A stretch of 40,023 bases of DNA from a virus (taxonomy: Duplodnaviria; Caudoviricetes): positions 1-40,023 of the IMG/VR virus record IMGVR_UViG_3300009678_000034. The stretch is one strand, 5' to 3'. A program made the translations under genes and the position numbers. Of this stretch, positions 36,314 through 40,023 are shown one piece after another. A model generated the notes under the pieces. That model was not told the origin of the DNA, did not search any database, and saw only the letters and a list, made by a program, of their open reading frames with translations. Each line of letters opens with the position of its first letter. Position 1 is the first letter of the stretch.

Positions 36314-36829
36314 ATGGCTTTCGACAAGACCCGCTTCAACCAGGTCGCGCGCGCCGGCGACTGGGCGCTCTGGGTGCTCCAGACCGCCGACGCCGCCGCC
36401 GTGGCCGACGCCGCCGGCTACATCGCGCCGGCCAAGAGCTACAACGGCCTGCTCAAACCCGGCCACATCGTCCTGCGCATCACCTACACCGACACGACCT
36501 ATGCCGTGCCCGCCTCCTGGGGTCTGCACATGGTCAACGCGGTGTCGGCGACAGCGATCGACATCAGCGACGAGCTCGCTGGCGTCGTGACCGACACGCG
36601 CATGGTCGAGGCCATGGCCGGGATCGAGCCGCCTCCGAGCCCGCGCCGTCCCGACGAGACGGAAGCGGCTTACAAGACCCGGCTCGAGCACGAGCACAAG
36701 GCCTGGCTCGATCAGCAGGAGGAGGCTCGCACCACCGAGCCCGGGATCGCCACCGCCGACAGGCCTCTCGTGCCGCCTCTCGGCGGCCGCCACGACAAGC
36801 CGCCTCCCGGCACGCGTCAGACCCGCTAG
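36314..36829 (+). CDS. Virion protein (possible capsid decoration or minor head protein)
   Basis: AGGAG RBS; lies between capsid and tail tubular A. Confidence 0.55.
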   Translation: MAFDKTRFNQVARAGDWALWVLQTADAAAVADAAGYIAPAKSYNGLLKPGHIVLRITYTDTTYAVPASWGLHMVNAVSATAIDISDELAGVVTDTRMVEAMAGIEPPPSPRRPDETEAAYKTRLEHEHKAWLDQQEEARTTEPGIATADRPLVPPLGGRHDKPPPGTRQTR

Positions 36830-36847
36830 CTTCGCTGCCGCCTTCAC

Positions 36848-36880
36848 GGGCCGTCCTGCTCCCGGGGCGGCCCGCCTTTT
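36848..36880 (+). terminator. Probable intrinsic terminator after the head genes
   Basis: GGGCCGTCCTG-CTCC-CGGGGCGGCCC hairpin followed by GCCTTTT. Confidence 0.55.
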
Positions 36881-36892
36881 CCAAGGCAGGCC

Positions 36893-37468
36893 ATGACCGA
36901 GACCAAATTCAGCATCGCGAGCCGCGCCTCGATCCTGGTCGGCGGCAAGCCGATCGGCAGCTTCGACGACGGCACGACCGAGTCCATGGTGGCCCAGCGG
37001 CTCTACGACATCCGCGCCCAGGAGCTGCTCGTCGAGCACGACTGGCGCTTCGCCGTCACCAGCGTGGCACTGCAGCACCTGCTCGATCCGCCGCAGTCGG
37101 TGTGGTCCGACGCCTGGCACCTGCCGGCCGACTACCTGAAGCTGCTGCGGCTCACGGTGCAGGATCGGAACCTCACCTCCTTCGAGATTCACCAGAACAT
37201 GGTGTTCTGCGACGTCCACCAGGACCAGGAGCTCGTCCTCGACTACATCCGTCAGGTCGAAACCACCTGGTTCCCGCCCTACTTCGTCGTCGTGCTCGAG
37301 GAGCGCCTGTCGTCCGACTTCGCCGGCGTGCTGCGCGAGGACGCAGCCCTCGCCGGCTTCCACCGCGGCGAGGCCGCCAAGAAGCTGCTGCTCGCCAAGC
37401 GGCTCGACCGGCTCAATCAGCCGGCCAAGAAGTTCCCGGTCGGCCGGCTCAAGGCGCAGCGCCTATGA
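36893..37468 (+). CDS. Tail tubular protein A (T7 gp11-like adaptor)
   Basis: IASRASILVGGKPIGSF...LLVEHDWRFAV...LPADYLKL. Confidence 0.85.
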   Translation: MTETKFSIASRASILVGGKPIGSFDDGTTESMVAQRLYDIRAQELLVEHDWRFAVTSVALQHLLDPPQSVWSDAWHLPADYLKLLRLTVQDRNLTSFEIHQNMVFCDVHQDQELVLDYIRQVETTWFPPYFVVVLEERLSSDFAGVLREDAALAGFHRGEAAKKLLLAKRLDRLNQPAKKFPVGRLKAQRL

Positions 37469-39399
37469 GAGGCCATCGCAAGATCATCAACAGCAACTTC
37501 TCGGCCGGCGAGCTCGACGTCAAGCTGGCGCCGCTGCGCTCCGACATCCAGGCGTGGCAGCAAGGCTGCAAGCAGCTCGTCAACATGCGCCCGCTGCTGC
37601 ACGGCGGCATCACCACGCGGCCCGGCACCAACTTCGCCGCGCAGCTCGCCGGCGATGCCGCCCTGATCCCATTCGAGTTCAGCGAGACCCAAGGCTACGT
37701 GCTGGCATTCCGCGCCGGCGCCATCGACATCTTCTTCGACGACGGCACGTTCGCCACGACCGTCGGCGGCGCGCCCTGGACGCTGGCTCAAGCCAAGCTG
37801 CTGCGCTTCGCCCAGTCCGGCGACACCATGATCCTGTGCCACAAGGATGTGTCGTCCTACGTCCTCAAACGTACCGGTGCCGCGACTTTCACGCTTGCGC
37901 CGTTCACTTTCTTCCATGACGTAACGGCAAGCGGCAAACGTGCCGTTCCCTTCTACCGCTATGCGCCTGCCAGCATCACGGCAACGCCGGCAGCGGTCAG
38001 CGGCACCGGCATCACCGTGACGTTCAGCGCCGCCTGGTGGCAGCCCGCGCATGTCAACACCTACATGCGCATCCAGGGCAAGCAGACGGTCATCATGGCG
38101 GTGGTGTCGCCGACCCAGCTTACCGTCTCGATCATCGAAACGCTTCCCAGCACGACAGCGACCGATGATTGGGACGAAGAAGCATTCAGTTCCATTCATG
38201 GCTATCCACAGGCGGTGTGCTTTCACAGCGAGCGCCTCGTGTTCGGCGGCAGCCGCGACCGGCCGTCGGGCATCTGGGCTAGCCAGGTCGGCGATTTCTT
38301 CAACTTCGACCTGGGCGATGCCGGCGACGACAAGGCGATCTGGATCGGCGTCGCCGCCGACAAGGTTGTCGAGGTCCTTCACCTCGCCAGCTTCAAGCAT
38401 CTCTCGATTTTCACCGACCAGGTCGAGCTCTATCAGCCCGAGGGCGACAGTCAGCCGTGGTCGCCCAAGACCGCGGCGGTCAAGCAGCAGAGCGGCTTTG
38501 GCTGCCACGGCAGCGTGCGGCCCGCGCGCTTCGACGAGGCCATCATCTTCGTCCAGAAGTACGGCCACCAGATCCGCGAGTTCCTCTATAACGCCACGTC
38601 GCAGAACTACTCGTCGGACGCGCTCTCGGTGATGAACCCGAGCCGCATCGACCATCCCGTGGCACTCGCCGCGGTCACCGCCTCCAAGGACGTTGACGAG
38701 CAGTACGCCTATGTCGTGCAGGCCAATGGCGGCATGGCGATGCTGCACAGCCTGCGCGCCCAGCGCATCACGGCCTGGAGCTGGTGCGAGACGCAAGGCG
38801 CCTTCCGCGACGTCTGCACGGTCAATGGCCGCGTCTTCGTCCTGGTCGAGCGCACCATCGCCGGTGGCCAGCGCTTCCATCTCGAGCGCCTCGACCACAG
38901 CCACGCGCTCGACTGCGCCAAGAGCTTCGCGGTCGCGATCGGCGGCACGACCCTGTCGGGCGCTTCCTATCTCGAAGGCGCGATCGCCCAGGCGGTCAAT
39001 AACGGCTATGCCTACGAGCCCGACCAGATCAGCGGCGGGGTCTACACCATCGTCGACGACGCCTGGGCGGCGGCAACCAGTTTGCTCGGCCTGCCCTTCA
39101 CGACGCGCTTCGAGAGCCTGCCGCCCGAGCTGCCGACCGAGGAAGGCTCGAGCCGCGGGCGCAACATCCGCGTCGTCAAGGCTGGCGTCGAGGTCCACGA
39201 GAGCATCCGCCTGGTGGTCAACGGCGAGGGCGCCAACATCACCAACATCGACGACGACTACAGCGTGCCGCCCGATGCACAGAGCGGCATGTACGACTTC
39301 GTACTGCTCGGCTTCGAGCGCGGCAGGACCGTGACTGTGACCTGCGACGTGCCGCTGCCGCTGACCGTGCTCGGCCTGGCGCTGGAGGTCGTCGTCTGA
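37465..39399 (+). CDS. Tail tubular protein B (T7 gp12-like nozzle)
   Basis: NFSAGEL...GGITTRPGT...AQSGDTMIL...GYPQAVCFHSERLVFGG...IWASQVGDFFNF. Start at ATG 37465. Confidence 0.9.
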   Translation: MRGHRKIINSNFSAGELDVKLAPLRSDIQAWQQGCKQLVNMRPLLHGGITTRPGTNFAAQLAGDAALIPFEFSETQGYVLAFRAGAIDIFFDDGTFATTVGGAPWTLAQAKLLRFAQSGDTMILCHKDVSSYVLKRTGAATFTLAPFTFFHDVTASGKRAVPFYRYAPASITATPAAVSGTGITVTFSAAWWQPAHVNTYMRIQGKQTVIMAVVSPTQLTVSIIETLPSTTATDDWDEEAFSSIHGYPQAVCFHSERLVFGGSRDRPSGIWASQVGDFFNFDLGDAGDDKAIWIGVAADKVVEVLHLASFKHLSIFTDQVELYQPEGDSQPWSPKTAAVKQQSGFGCHGSVRPARFDEAIIFVQKYGHQIREFLYNATSQNYSSDALSVMNPSRIDHPVALAAVTASKDVDEQYAYVVQANGGMAMLHSLRAQRITAWSWCETQGAFRDVCTVNGRVFVLVERTIAGGQRFHLERLDHSHALDCAKSFAVAIGGTTLSGASYLEGAIAQAVNNGYAYEPDQISGGVYTIVDDAWAAATSLLGLPFTTRFESLPPELPTEEGSSRGRNIRVVKAGVEVHESIRLVVNGEGANITNIDDDYSVPPDAQSGMYDFVLLGFERGRTVTVTCDVPLPLTVLGLALEVVV

Positions 39400-40010
39400 T
39401 GGGCTATGTCGCAATCGCGATGATGGCAGTGTCGGCGCTGGCCACCGGCTTCTCGATCGCCGGCAACGCAGCAGCCTACCAGACCGCCAAGCGCCGCGCC
39501 GATACCGGTCTCTCGCTCTACAACCAGAACCTCCAGATGGCGCGCTCGACCGGCGAGCTTCAGGCGCAGCAGCAGTCCGCGGAGCGCACCCGGCGCTATG
39601 CCGACGTGATTTCCTCGCAGACCGCGATCTGGGCGGCGCGTGGCATCCAGCTCCAGTCGGGCACCGTGCGCAGCATCCAGGATGTCAGCACGCGGGCCTA
39701 CGAGCGCGACACCGAGACTATCGAGCTCAACCGCCTCAACCGTCTGGCCTCGCTCGCCTTGCAGGGCGCCAGCGCGCAATACGAAGCGGCCTTCACCGTC
39801 GGCGCTGCGCACAGCCGCATGGTGACCGGCATCGGCCAGAGCCTGTTCAACTTCGCCTCGAGCGGTATTCAGGCCGGTTCCGGCATGACAGGCGGGTCGT
39901 CTTCGGCGGCGGCCGGCGGCGGCATGCCGAGCTATGGCAGCAGTGGCCTTGGAACGACGCCGGGCACTGGCGGCGGAGCTTATGGCGGTGCCGGCGGGCG
40001 TCCTTACTAG
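39399..40010 (+). CDS. Internal virion protein (positional analogue of T7 gp14)
   Basis: Hydrophobic N-terminus, Gln/Ala-rich helix and AARGIQLQSGT motif; follows the nozzle gene. Confidence 0.7.
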   Translation: MGYVAIAMMAVSALATGFSIAGNAAAYQTAKRRADTGLSLYNQNLQMARSTGELQAQQQSAERTRRYADVISSQTAIWAARGIQLQSGTVRSIQDVSTRAYERDTETIELNRLNRLASLALQGASAQYEAAFTVGAAHSRMVTGIGQSLFNFASSGIQAGSGMTGGSSSAAAGGGMPSYGSSGLGTTPGTGGGAYGGAGGRPY

Positions 40011-40023
40011 GAACCGATCATGC
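39901..40023 (+). repeat. Terminal direct repeat, right copy
   Basis: Identical to 1-123. Confidence 0.95.

Larger units (their letters stand above)
1..40023. mobile_element. Complete podovirus-like bacteriophage genome (circular contig, ~39,900 bp unit length)
   Basis: Full ordered virion gene set, divergent early and late arms, and an identical 123-bp overlap at both ends across which the gene order continues. Confidence 0.93.

Noticed and set aside
36220-37464. N-terminal extension of tail tubular B (1059-aa ORF), or a capsid frameshift product
   Set aside because: An Arg/Pro-rich off-frame read over two real genes; no slippery site seen at the capsid end.

Overview
The window is an apparently complete, circularly assembled ~39.9-kb high-GC phage genome (bases 1-123 are repeated exactly at 39901-40023). 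The host is probably an alphaproteobacterium, inferred from the SSB sequences. The + strand carries a T7/BPP-1-like podovirus morphogenesis module: terminases, portal, scaffold, capsid, tail tubular proteins A/B, three ejection proteins and a tail fibre. The - strand arm (~10.5-26.5 kb) carries Erf + YqaJ recombination genes, two SSBs, ParB, ArdC, an HNH nuclease, a SLOG-NADAR-SLOG cluster and many small ORFs. I recognise no DNA or RNA polymerase, helicase, integrase or endolysin. Three features stand out. (1) A lone RAMP/Cas7-like gene (20557-21186) is followed directly by an in-phase array of 83 pentamers, (NN-GGC)n on the - strand, and a terminal hairpin; this looks like a compact RNA-guided system with a non-contiguous dinucleotide code (VIPR-like). 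(2) A ~450-nt intergenic inverted repeat has mismatches that are mostly G-U compatible on the + strand, suggesting a long structured RNA. (3) An asymmetric 12-bp motif, RGCGGGGTCTYC, occurs 11 times in one orientation between 14088 and 27905 (stoperator-like). All product calls come from motif recognition by eye; no database search was run.
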